DNA from: Lama glama
Lineage: Eukaryota
Assembly: GCA_028534125.1 (NCBI GenBank)
Contig: CM052818.1
Location: 10,294,001-10,358,000 of the forward strand
Direction of reading: 5' to 3'
Length of the DNA: 64,000 nt
Each line of letters starts with the position of its first letter. Position 1 is the first letter of the stretch. This document shows positions 39,560-51,590 of this stretch, piece by piece. The position numbers and the translations under genes were made by a program. The notes beneath the pieces were generated by a model that saw nothing but the letters and a program-made list of their open reading frames with translations, had not been told where the DNA came from and made no database searches.

Positions 39560-39975
39560 CTTGGAGGCACACTGACCTCTGCCCAAACGCCAGTGCCACC
39601 ACTTAGTAGTTGTGTGACTTTGAAAAATCACCTAGCCCTTCTGAATGGTGCCCTTAGCTGTGGAATGGGGATAATACCTTCCTCATGAGACTGCTGTAAA
39701 CTTTCCATTTTTTTGACCACAAACCACATTAAGAAATGCAGTTTACATCATGACCTGGCAGACACAAATACATACACACACACACATAAAACTGAAACAA
39801 ACATTTCAGAAAAGTTTTTACTTTTACGCTGAAAGTGTCCTGATACTTTCTATCTGTTCTATTTTTTGTTGAACATGATGATTGCGACCCACTGAATTGA
39901 TTTCAGGACCAAATAATGGGGCTGCAATGCAGAATTTAGCAAACACTATATGAGTACTTAATAAATGTCCATTCC
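39560..39975 (+). mobile_element. MIR SINE split by a hAT-Charlie MITE (Charlie18a-like, ~39695-39948)
   Basis: MIR gccaccacttagtagttgtgtgact...gaatggggataatacct; insert contains gcgacccactgaattgatttca and ends gcaaacacta; MIR-like tail gtacttaataaatgt. Confidence 0.65.
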
Positions 39976-40002
39976 TTTAACATGTGGATGATCTAGAATC
40001 CT

Positions 40003-40399
40003 TATTAATTGGGATACAGTAAGGTATGGTACAGACACAAACCCTGGCATAGCTGGGACACAACACTGTGGAAGTTTATTTCTTGGTTTCAGAAAGTCCA
40101 GTGTGAGTCTGGCAGGTTTTCAAGGCAGCTCTCCAATATATGGATACAGATGGCTTCCATCTAATCACTGTGTCATCTCCACATGTGGCCTCCACAGTTG
40201 CAACCAAAGGGGAAAAGATTGGCATATGCATGCCCTAATGACTGGATCTGAAAGTTGGTATCACCAGCCACCACCACTCTAATGACCAGAGTTCAGGCAC
40301 ATGGCCCCAGCCCAACTGCAAGGAAGGCTGGGACATACAGTCTTCCTGTGTGTGCAGAAGAAGGAAACTGAGGAGATAGAGTGAATGGCATACACCACA
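40003..40399 (-). mobile_element. MLT1 (ERVL-MaLR) solo LTR
   Basis: gaagtttatttct...gcttccatct...cacatggccccagcccaactgcaaggaaggctggga. Confidence 0.75.
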
Positions 40400-40724
40400 T
40401 AAGGTAGTATTTAAGCAAGACCTTAGCAATCAAGTAATTAAGATGTAGGACTGGCCCGATTTGGGGTAATGCTGCCCTGTCTCAAAGGAACAGCCTGAAT
40501 TAATGACGTCAGGGGGCCTCTTTGTACTTTTCTTAATGCCGGCTCCATGATTCTGAAGTTTCACAGACTCACTTGTGGGTATAGATACGGTTTTCTACAA
40601 CTACTATATGTTTACCCATTGCTTGATCTTGGAGTTCAGTGGAGGCATTCTTGCAGGACAGTGGAATAAGACTGAAAGTTCTGTTTCAAGTTGCTGAGCA
40701 CAGACTGCATATCACTAACTGATA

Positions 40725-40990
40725 ATTTTAGTGAACATTTATATTGAGTGCTTACTGTATGCCAGGCATTGAACTAGCAGTTCATAAGCTTTATCTCAAT
40801 TCATCATCATTACAACCTTATTAGGCAGGATCTTAGATATTTTGGTTTCCTTTGAGATTTTCTGTTCTGCTACCTTTACTTCACAGATTGGGGGTGGGGG
40901 AAGCTCATGTTCAGAGAGGTTAAGTGATTTTTCCAGGGATGCACAGCAAACCAGTGGTTAAGGTAAGATCAAAAGCCTCGATTCCTTGAT
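40725..40990 (-). mobile_element. MIR SINE
   Basis: catttatattgagtgcttactgtatgccaggca...ttcagagaggttaagtga. Confidence 0.75.
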
Positions 40991-41007
40991 CCCTACAATA
41001 AGACATG

Positions 41008-41026
41008 AAGCCAGTAGGGGGCACAC
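41008..41026 (+). promoter_or_regulatory. CTCF-like binding motif
   Basis: AAGCCAGTAGGGGGCACAC fits the core CCASYAGRKGGCR. Confidence 0.55.
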
Positions 41027-41469
41027 TGGACATTTTGGTGGCCTTAGCAAAGTATTAATTGAACCTTTAATTTTAGGATCTTACATTTTACCAAAGCATA
41101 CACCAGAAGTTCTAATTCGTGCTGGAATTGAATGCTCCAAACTCCGCAGCCACTATTAAACTTGTAGTTTTAGTTTGTCACTTCAGGCAGTAATAACCAG
41201 AAATAGCTAGTTTTCTCAAAAGTCAACTCAGATATGGGCCTGGTAATTTAAACTGTTGTTAGCAACTTTGGGTGGAAATATAAGTCCCGGTTATAGTAAA
41301 AGATCCTTATCTATGATTTTTATTTCTTTTCACAAGTCTGTATGCTATATTCTTATTACTCAGCAGTCCTTGGCTACTACCAGTGCTGAAGAAAAAAACT
41401 GGAATTTGCCAAAACAAAGTAAATGTTCTTTTGATAATGATAGGCTAGATGGAGCTGATTGAAGCCACA

Positions 41470-41660
41470 ACTTAAAGGAAGCAAGTTCTTCTTAAGAAAG
41501 AACTTTCTAGTGATGAAGTACTTGGGCTGTACAGATGACTGAGGAGGGTTCTAGTACATCTCTCTCTGGAAGCCTTTAAAGGTTCTTTTCCAGATTGGCT
41601 CAAGCCAGAGGTACTGACAAATGATCTTGCGAGTTTTTCTCCCTGGGCAGAGGGAGTCTA
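41470..41660 (+). mobile_element. L3/CR1 LINE fragment
   Basis: taagaaagaactttcta...ctctctctggaagcctttaa. Confidence 0.45.
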
Positions 41661-44074
41661 TGGCTTCATGAACTTAACTTCTAGCTCAGTGTTGCAAATG
41701 CTGCCTTAAACAGTTAGAGAAAATAGTAATCTGTGTGATGTGTGTACAGGAGTGTATGCAGTCTGCATAGGAGTCGCCTGCATCCAAGTGCCCTTTAGAA
41801 TGCCTTCCTGCGGAGGGCCAAAGAGCCTGGATGTTCAGAATGAAGTGTTTCTAGCCTGGCCTGGTTGGGATCTGCAGTCTTACTGTCTGTGCATGGATTT
41901 GCAGCTATAAAATGCAACATTCTTTTTCTGTTTCACACCTGTCCTTCTCCAACCCCCAGCCTTTTCTATTTTTAGGATCAAGAAAAGGGCAAAAATGAGA
42001 CTAGTCAGGTAGGTGCTTTCAACGTTAGTGTCCCCTCTTATTCCACCCTGCAATAGGCTGCAAATGTGGAGGTTCCTTTAAGCTCACAATTAATCATGTG
42101 TCTTGAAAGGGGTGGGGTGATTTGGAGCAGCATCTCACAGCTTCACTTTTAGAGTGTTTAAAGGAATGTGCTATTTGGCAGTACCTGGGCTCCCAGGGCC
42201 TACTCCAAAGCGTTCTCTCAGCTGGGGAGAGCAATTTTGTGCTGTGCATGTACTGATAATTTTATTAACTAGAAACCGAGTCTTTTCTGCCTCAACATAG
42301 ACTCCCGATATTCTTGCATAATGTGTTTGACATTTCTGAGACAGTGTAGTCTGAAGAGAATGAGCACTGAATAAAGAATCAGGAGTGCTAGTTTTTGTCC
42401 TGACTTGACTGCTCCTTCTCCCTGGGCAGTTCACCTAACCTCTCTGTGCCTCATTACCTTCCCTTTCCCCACCTGGAAAATAAGGAGCATTTTCTCTACC
42501 TGCTCTGACTCAGAGATGTCAGGTGCATCAGGCAATTTACTTGGTGCCGTTGGTGGGGAAGGTATGCTGTACATTCATGATGGTGTTTTTGTCTTTGCTG
42601 TGATTATAGTTATTTTATTTATTTTTTAATGGCTCAGTAGAAACTTCTGTGAACCCAGTACTGGAGGACAAACTCTATCTTATAATGATCTACTGTTGAG
42701 ATGCAATCTTTCCGAGCTGTGATATAATTTCCAAGTGTCAACTTCTGAATGCAAACCAGCATTTTGTCTTAACTCTCAAGCTCCAACTCAGTGACTCCCA
42801 ATTCTAAGAGATGTGACCGTCTTTCCTTTACTTTTTCACTGGACAAGATAGGCCCCACATGTATTTTTTCCCCATTATAGAGATTTGGAGGCTCCCTTTC
42901 CCTGTCCTAGCCCTACTTGTTACAATTTTTTTCTGTGTCCTAGGTGGAGGAAAGTCTCCTGAGGCATATCACCTGCAGATGGTGCTTCTGAAAAGGAGAC
43001 TGTTTCAGAAAGTTCCAGGCCCTGAAAGTGGGTGTGTAATGAACCCTGTTTTGCATCTTTAATTATAGCATTTGCCACCGCACATGCTGTAATCATATGC
43101 TTTTTCTAGAGCTGAAGCAGTGTGCAATTCCAGGTCCATTCATTAATGAACCAGCAAATCAATCATGGATCTTGTCAAAAACATCACTGCAGCGCAGGTC
43201 CCTTTGCATAGACCATGGGATCAGATAAAACAATGGATCCTTTCTCCCTCAGTGGTGCAAAGGCCTTCTTAATAAATGTCTTGCTCAACGTGCAGGTTTT
43301 CTGATGTCTGTATATCTATCTGTTTCTGTTGCCTCTGCCCCCTGACTCCCTACTCCCATTTTATATGGTGGTTGTCGGTTCCTTAGAAAACATGACTTGT
43401 TTTTGAAATTTGGCAAGTGAAAGTTGCAAGGGGCAGACGTAGGGGCAGAGATGGAGATTTATATGATCCCAGGAGAGTCCACAGAAGTCCTCTTGGCCTA
43501 AAAATACCTTGCTGATCAAGTTTCACAGAGTAAAAATTCCTCCACTGGGACAGGCTTTTGGGCGAAGGTTGCCCTTGCAAGAGAGTGGATTTTAATTTAG
43601 AAAGCAAATTCTTGCAAGATGCACACCAGAGCCCATTCACTTGTAAACATGTGATTGTGTCAGACTGCTTTCTCCCTGACTGAGGGTCCCAGAGCAGAAG
43701 AGTGAGGGTCTGCTGGGTGTCAGTGTGGAGATGGCAGCTTGGCCATGGGGGAAAGGCCAGAAGGGGCTGAAGGACATCAGGGATCAGCCTGGCCTCCTTC
43801 CCAGTCATGCTGGAGCCTAGCCTTGGTGAGCAGAGATTTGGGCTGAGGTGATGAGGAGGATTGAGGAGGTGATAAAATCAGACCAACAGTGTTCATAGTT
43901 CAGATGGTGCAACTTCTGAATTATTGGCCAGTGTCACATTAGGGCCTGGGCTTCTCTTTAGGGATGGTCTTGAGTTTCTGTGTGAAGCACCTGATGTTGC
44001 TGCAATGTATTCACTTATTATTATTACTATTAGTGTATTATTGGTATAATACAATTAACATAATGTTTAATTAT

Positions 44075-44213
44075 AGATTATTGTCTGCTTCCCCTCACTA
44101 GAATGTATGTTCCCAGAGGGCAGCTTCTGTGTCTTGTTCATTGTTGTATTCAGGTGCTTAGACTAGGGTTGGCACAGAGTTGGTGCTCAATAAGTGTTTG
44201 TTGGATCAGTGAA
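44075..44213 (+). mobile_element. L2 LINE 3' end
   Basis: cactagaatgta...gagggcag...tcttgttcattgttgtatt...ggcacagagttggtgctcaataagtgtttgttg. Confidence 0.85.
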
Positions 44214-45456
44214 CACATTTATTCTTTTCCTTGGTGCAGGTGTCCTCTCTCTTCCATTTCAGCACCTACACACTACTCATTGTTGCCCCAGGAATTCTTA
44301 GACTCGCCGGCTTGGCACCATCTATCTTCTCTAGGGCCCTCTCAGAATTGGGACAATTGCAAATATTCGAATTTCCACCCCTTTTCTTCAAGTGACAAAG
44401 CTGTAAACAGTGATATGGCAGTCTCCACTGGCTTTCTGCACGATGCCAGTGACGGTTTATTGCAAAGGGCAAGGCCTGGGATTGAACGTAAACAAACACA
44501 GCCCATGAGTCTAAAATAGACCATTGAGCAGCTCACAGAATAGGCCCCTTGTTTTTAAAAGAGCAGTGGACACTCTCGAGAAATAATAAGAAATAATAAG
44601 TCCGGAAGCTGAGTAGGAAGCTCTGATGCTTTCTGGCTGCGTTTGTCCTTCGAACTTTATTTGCATTTGGCACGCCTGTGATGGAGCCGCTGCCAGCCGT
44701 GGCCAGGGTCCGCAGGCAACAGAAGTTTATCTGGGCTGCTTAAAGGAGATGGAAATCTCTTTGAGAAAAGGGCAACATGGTGGTTGTGCTAATTTCTTAG
44801 ACATGGACTCCCTTTGCAAAGGGAGTCCAGTGTATGTCTCAAGAGAAACATGAGACTTGAGGACTGACAAAAGAGTGTGGCCTAGGGATGTTTTCTTAAC
44901 ATATCCAGGCCCAAGTTTTCTCATCTGCAAAAATGGGCTATTAATACCTACCTTTTAGAGCTTCTTTATAATTAAACGATGTGAATGTAGATTCCATGAG
45001 TTGAGGGCCTACTCTGCTGTGTTCACTTATCCTCACCCAGTGCCTCACACTGTGCCTTGCATCTGTGAGGTGACAGCAATGCTAACCCCCTTCTACAAAG
45101 GAGCAGCAGATACAGCAGGTCCTTTGCCATCGGTTTGAAGGCATAAATAGCATCCTTACCCCTTTTTTCCCTCCAGAATCTTTATTGTTTCTTAAAAAAA
45201 GTAAACACACGCACAAATAATATATTAGTACATTCTCACTATAAAAATTTTTTAACAATTAAGAAGTATATTCCTAGTTCTCCCTAGAGTAACCACCATG
45301 GGAAGGTATCCTTCCAGAGACCACATATCTCTGTCATCTGTATCTCTATCTGTACAGAGAACTGTATCTGTATCTCCATCTGTCTATAGATCAGTTCTAT
45401 CTATGATGTATTTCTGTAGTTACATGCCTATCTGTCTACTTACCCACCTGACTATC

Positions 45457-45861
45457 TGTAATGGTTAATTTTTTGTGTCAGTTTGACTGGGCCACAGTGA
45501 AGATATTTGGTGAAACATTATTCTGGATGTTCTGTGAAGGTGTTTTTTTGGGTGAGAATTAGCATTTAAATTGGTGGACCTCCAGTAAAGCAAGCTGATC
45601 TCCATAGTGTGGGTGGGCCTTATCCAATCAGTTGAAGGTCTTAACAAAGTTGGATCTCTCTGGAAGGAATCTGCCAGCAAACTGTCTTTAGCTCTTTACA
45701 GCTCTTTTCTGGGTCTCCAGGCTGCTGACCTACCCTATGGATTTTGGACTTACCAAGCCTCCACAATGTCATGAGCCAGTTACTTAAAATCAGTCTCTCT
45801 CTCCCCCCACCCCCTGTCCCCACATACTGTTGGTTATGTTTCTCTGGAGAACTCTAATACT
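45457..45861 (+). mobile_element. MLT2 (ERVL) solo LTR, MLT2B-like
   Basis: tgtaatggttaattt...gtcagtttgactgggcca...gggtgggccttatccaatcagttgaagg...tctctggagaactctaatac. Confidence 0.9.
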
Positions 45862-46599
45862 CTGTTTTATTCTATCCTATCCTTTCATTAATCCATTCAC
45901 CCATAGCAGGATAATTTATTGAGATATTAATTTGTGTTCCACTCTTATTTTATTATCTTCTTCCAATTCCAAGAAGGTAGCCCATTGTGTATTGTGAAGT
46001 CAAAGCAGAAATTGTCCACCACCATCATCTCTTTCTGAAAGCTCCAGCAACTTGATGGGATTATGACTTGGGGGTGGAGGCAGAATGAGATAGGAAAAGG
46101 AGCAGAAGCTCTGAGATGGGTAGGTAGGGAGATAGATGCCCTAAGACCAAGGATAGGTTGTATGGAATAGGACCTTGTCCACACCTTCACCTTTTCCTTA
46201 AGCAGGGACAGTGCACATCAGTTGTCTCATGTGCCCAAGGAGGTACTTTAGTCACCAGGCTCTTTTACCAAGACACCCTTGCCCCAAGATGATACAACAT
46301 TTCCTGTGTCTTTTGGATATTGTAATGACCAGAACAGATCAGTGGCTGTCGGGGCCACATGGAAAGTTTTGTTTTGTGTGACTCTGGGGCTTTGGCACAA
46401 TACAGGAGTGGGAAGTGGAAGACACAAGTCAAAATAATAACAGATATTATATATATTCCCCCAGCTATATAAATATAAATAAATAGAAAATATACCATTT
46501 CTGTGAAAAATGTAAATGTGCTATATGTATAGTTTTGAGTGTTCAAGGTGTTACTTTTTTTTGACTGTTAAAGTCTTTAAAGCGGAAGTTGCATTTTTC

Positions 46600-46760
46600 A
46601 TTTACTATATCTTGAATAGCTTTTTAAGACTCTGTCACATTCAAACATTCTATAAAATATTCCATCTTACTCATGTGCCTTAATTCAGACAATATCCTAT
46701 TGATATTTAGATTGTTTCTGTGTTTTCCTATTATAAACAATACCCTAGTGAACATCCTTT
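46600..46760 (-). mobile_element. L1ME-like fragment
   Basis: aatattccat...atatttagattgtttc...ctattataaacaat...gtgaacatcct. Confidence 0.55.
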
Positions 46761-49629
46761 AATGTAGAGTAGTTATTCCTAATTGCCTGGAAAACTGAAC
46801 CTCACCTCCTCCCAGAAGCCTGTTCTACTTTCACATGCCCACAGGAGCCCAGCTCTGTGATAGGCTCGGTGGGGAATCCAGAGCAGACAGAAGAAACTGT
46901 CGTCCCTGCTGGAGCCTGTGATCTTATGAAGAAAGTAGACCCTGAAGAACAAGAGACTTCTCTCTGTAGCCACAGGACCTCATGGGGTAAGAAATCAGGC
47001 CTGACGGCATAATTTGGGGAGTCATCAGAGATGGAGGCTTTTTGTATGTGGGAACAAAACGTTCCCTGATTAATCCCACACCTTCCTTGGAACACATGAA
47101 CATGAACGTGTGGCAGAGCAGACTTCTCTCTATTAGTTATTCTTCAGCTGTTTACCTTTCCTTACTTCCCTTTGGAGTTATTACCTTTTGTAAAGAATAA
47201 AGACTTGACAGAGCTAGAGTCCCAGGCTCCAGTCCTTTGGCAAGCTTGTATGTATCATTGCCCTGCATACTTTTGGACTTTTACTGTATGTATATATTTT
47301 CATAATAAATATGAACCATTGGTTTATGTATTTAAAAAATTTACAGATCTTTTTAGGGAGAGGCAAACACACATGGCCAGAGACTTGGTCTTTCTTTGTA
47401 AAGCTCCCAGCCTCACTGTTAATATGGAATTTGCGCTTGACCAGATTGGAGAAGGTGGAACCCAGGAGGCCACCTTGCCTTCCTTCCTCAGGTTCTCCCC
47501 ATCCCTCTCTCATCAGATCCCTCTGCCAGGGGCCTGACATTTATTTCTTAAGGCTTTTGAAAGGTTCTGGGACAAGACCTTAGCTCATAAAAACTTAAAG
47601 GTCTGTTCTCCAAGGAGCCTTTTTATGGGGAGACACCTGAGAGTGAACATTTGAAAGCTAGGGCATGAACACACCTCTCGTGGGTGAATTCCGAGAGTGG
47701 ACGGGGACCTTTTGGGCCCCTCCTTGGAGTGTTCCAGAGTGACGCCACACAAAGGGATGAGGCTCTGTTGACCCCTCGGCTCACGTTGGTAACCAGACAT
47801 GAAGAGGAAGATGCCACTCATGTCGGCTGTCCCAATTCAGGAACAAGGCTCTCACCGATAGGGCTGTTTAGAAAATTCTGTACTTGGTCCCCTCATGATA
47901 AAATGAAGTACAAAAGTACTGTCTTCCTTTTTAGACACTCTTGTCTCCAGCCAGGGTGGAAAAGTGGAAGAGGGGAGGCTGATATTCTCCAGCCCTCTGA
48001 CACTGAAACGGTGATGGGGTGTCAGCTTCTGTGGCCCCAGAGGAAGGTGCCAATTCCTTGACGGCACAGAGTGCGAAGTAGCAGGGCCTCCTCTTCCCTT
48101 CCTTGCTTTCCTCTCTTCCTTCCTCTTTTGTTCATTTGTTCTTTACAAATTCAGGGAATTGTGAAACTTCTTGTTTAAGATACTTGCACTGTAGTATGAT
48201 TTGATTGAATCTGATTTTTTTTTTTAAGCTGAAGGAATGCTAGTGTTGGCACAGGTCTTTTTGTGTTGGTAAAAGTAAGCAACAAAGAAAAGAGGTAGAA
48301 GTTCTCTTTTGATATAAGAACAAGTTGTCATAAGATTCTGCACACCAAACACCCAGCCTCGGAGGCAGTATTTTTGCCATCAGCTGTGCCCTCAAGACTC
48401 CATTCTTTCCCTCCTTCTCTTCCCTTCCTTCCTCCTTTGACACTTTTGCATGTGTGTCTGAATACAATAAAGTTGCTTTGAGCCTTTTTTTCCCCAGTTA
48501 TTTAACAACTTTCAAGTGGAGAAAAATTTGGTTCTTTTAATTTCATTTTTGGCTTTTTATTTTTTTTTGCATGCATGTGTCTCCTTTCTGTTTGCTAAAC
48601 AGTAATTGCGGATCTTCCTGGCCACCTTTAATACTCCCAGCTAATTATCCTGAAATAAATCTCTTTCAAGCCTGCATGCCAGCAGTTCTGGGATCCGAGC
48701 GGCTCTTTCAGCTCCCCACTGCCTGTCACTCAAATGGGCCTCAGCTGCAACTCCGAATGATGAGTATTAACCTCCCGCTGGGAAGATTCGCCCAATCTCC
48801 CCACTTCCAACAGCAGCTCCCAGGGCCGCACCACACTCCTACCTGTTAGCCTAAGCTGGGATTTTCTTTTGCTAACGCTGTGATTTTGAAAAGTGGAAGA
48901 GGATTCCTGGGAGAAAGACACTCAGTTAACCTTCTCCTAATTGCCATTCAAGATGGGAAGGGGAGAGGAAGATGGTGGCCGTCCCAGGAGGGCAGCTGGC
49001 CGTGGAGTGGCCCGCAGCCTTGCCGGGAAGCACATTGGTCGGGTGGTACACTCGGCGAGGTGTCTGTGTGCACAGACCCCTCCTGAGGGCAGTGAATGGC
49101 TGGTGTCTGGGGACAGGCCTCAATTTCATCTTCATGTCTTCTCTGACGTCCTCCTGCCTCCTCAGGTGTCCCTCGTGCTGTGCTTTTGGTAGCTCACTGG
49201 GCTCTTCTTTTTCCTCCAACCTCTGCTGTTCCCTTCCAGGTTTTCTCTTGCCTCGTTCAGCAGGATTTCAGAGTTTCTTGCTGATCCCTAACCTGCTTAT
49301 TCAGAATTTTGTGACTGGCCCCATTTGCCTCTCCTGGGTGGGGCTGTGCCTCCTCTCATGCTTACTTTCCTTCTGATTCCATGTGCTTCCCTGCTTCCTC
49401 ACCAGAGTTTTCTAGCGATAGGAGATGGCCTTTTGGGCAGGCCCGATAGCATAGGGGTGTAGCACAGGCCCTGCAGCGACACTCCCTAGTGCCTGGCAAG
49501 GAGCGATGGTCCAGGTAAATGAAAGCACAGGTGAACAAATAATAGCAAAACAGCATATCTTGTCCCCTAGTATTAGGCCACCTTCTTCCTGGATTGGCTT
49601 CTCTGAAACCTTTTCCTTCCATGCAATGA

Positions 49630-49972
49630 AAACTAATTGTTTGCCAATTGTCAGCTCCCCTCCTTGTGGGAAGAATGCCACTTCCCGGCACCTGTTACCT
49701 GACTTGCTCTGGTCGGTTAATTAAAGCCAAAATGTGTCACTTCCAGGTGGAAATGGTGAGAACCTAGTATTCTCTTTTCTTTCTGTCACATTTGCCAGCA
49801 AAGTTTCAGATCGTGGCTGCTTCATGAACTTGGATCTTGTGGTGAGAGCTCCCATTTGAATCTGCCATGGATGTATAGGGTGGACAAGAAGGAAATCTTT
49901 GTAGTTTTATGCCACTGAAGTTTTGGGTTTTTTAAATGACTGCAGCATAGTCTAACTATCCTGACTGATACA
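49630..49972 (+). mobile_element. MLT1 (MLT1I/J-like) solo LTR
   Basis: tgacttgctctgg...tgtgtcacttccaggtggaa...gccactgaag...ctgcagcatagtctaactatcctgactgataca. Confidence 0.8.
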
Positions 49973-50268
49973 CAAATACACACATATACTCATCTATATC
50001 CATGTATTATTTTTCTTGAACTTTAAATATATACTTTTTACCTACCTCTGAATAAAGATCTTTCTCTAGTTAGCTAGCTTCATATTCTTTTTAATGTTGC
50101 AAACAAGAGATCAGAAACCCAAATTCTGGCCTAAGAGAAAGAGAAATGTTTTTGTTTAGATGCCTGAACTAGACAGGTAAGTCTTACATCATCACTGGGT
50201 CCCTAGTAAATCATATGGAACACCAAATAACTCCTGTGTCTGAGTATCATGTCTCAAGATATCAGAGT

Positions 50269-50350
50269 AGAACTGCCACATACAGTTGCAAGGTTGTGCA
50301 CTGATCAACTAACGGGAAGGACATTTTCACAGACCACAATGTGAATGGTT
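50269..50350. mobile_element. MER91-like hAT-Tip100 MITE fragment
   Basis: ctgccacatacagttgcaaggttgtgcactg...atgtgaatgg. Confidence 0.65.
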
Positions 50351-51189
50351 CTGCAAATCCTTTGATGGGCTCCTCTAGCAGAGGGTCTGTTTATAAGAAA
50401 TTTTCAGGAGCAAGGGAGCAACTGTGCATTCCACCATCAACAGAATAACAGGTTATTCAGATGATGCCCTGGACATTGCTGAAGTCCTCAAGGAAATTAC
50501 AATGAGAAGACCTTTTACCATGTTGCATCTTTGGTACAACTCAAGCAAAATGTGAGTGCCTGATATTTCCAGGCTCTCTGCCATTCTCATCTGCCGCTCA
50601 ACCTTAGCTCCAGGGAAGTCTCTTGAATTTGTACTGAATTGTGTTTTGAAGGACTATGTTTTGTAGATTTTTCCCTTTTTGTAGGCTGTGCCTTCTGGGT
50701 CTCTCCAATAGGGGGAGCTCAGTAGATTTCACCCAGCATCTGTCTCCTTTGGGCTTTTCTTTTCCCTTCAGTTCTTGCCCTGAATTACTTTCCTCTGCTA
50801 AGCCTTTGGTCTTGATTGGTGAGGGGTCTGCTCTAAGGTATAGTGGTGTTTTATTCCCGTTGAGCGTGGGTCAAACAGGGAAATGTACAGTCACATGTTG
50901 GTCCAGCTTTACATTCCAGCATGTGGCATAGAATGAATACTGTTAACTGCCAGAAAAATTCTTTGCTGCTGAATATTTTTTGCATCTGTAAATCATCCTC
51001 CTACTGCCTACCATGACAGTTATGCAAGTGACCTTTGGATTTCACAATTTTTAAAAAAATTTATGACATTGTAATCCACTCCATCCATGGAAATGCACCA
51101 CACTGAGATTGCAAAATCAAAGAAAAAGTAAAAAATAATCATCAATGAAAACTGTAAGAAAGTGATGGTATGAACTAAAAGGCATTGCA

Positions 51190-51335
51190 CTGTGATAGAA
51201 GGAACTCTAATCCCAGCTTTCCTACTGACTATCTGTGTGATTTTGCACAGGTGACTTAACTTCTGTGGGCCTCAGTTTTCCTATCTGTAAAATGTGAAAG
51301 GATCCTCTCTAGTTCTAGCATTTTACGATTCTGGA
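51190..51335 (+). mobile_element. MIR SINE
   Basis: aatcccagct...ctgtgtga...gtgacttaacttctgtgggcctcagttttcctatctgtaaaatg. Confidence 0.8.
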
Positions 51336-51409
51336 ATGTGTTTCCAGGTGTGGTAATTTCTTTGGCTCCCTGGGAGATTCTTGTCATTGCTTCTGATAAC
51401 CTTTTTGTT

Positions 51410-51590
51410 GGGCTGATTTTTATCTCCCACTCAAAAAATTTATCCCAGCAATCTTGTGAAATGGCAAGGGCAGTGTTCTTTATTTCACAATTGAGACCTA
51501 TTGAGATGTACTTTGTCCAAAATTATACAGGCCTGTCAGTGGTAGAAGTGGGATCAGAACCTAGAAATCTAGACTCTCATACCCTAAATT
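51410..51590 (-). mobile_element. MIR SINE fragment
   Basis: acttt gtccaa...gtggtagaagtgggatcagaacctag...tctagactc. Confidence 0.6.

Noticed and set aside
50150..50182. Micro-exon-like AG...CAG|GTAAGT (17 nt); similar 14-nt case at 15099-15118
   Set aside because: Short pyrimidine tracts, lengths not multiples of three and no linking ORF; isolated perfect donors can occur by chance in 64 kb.
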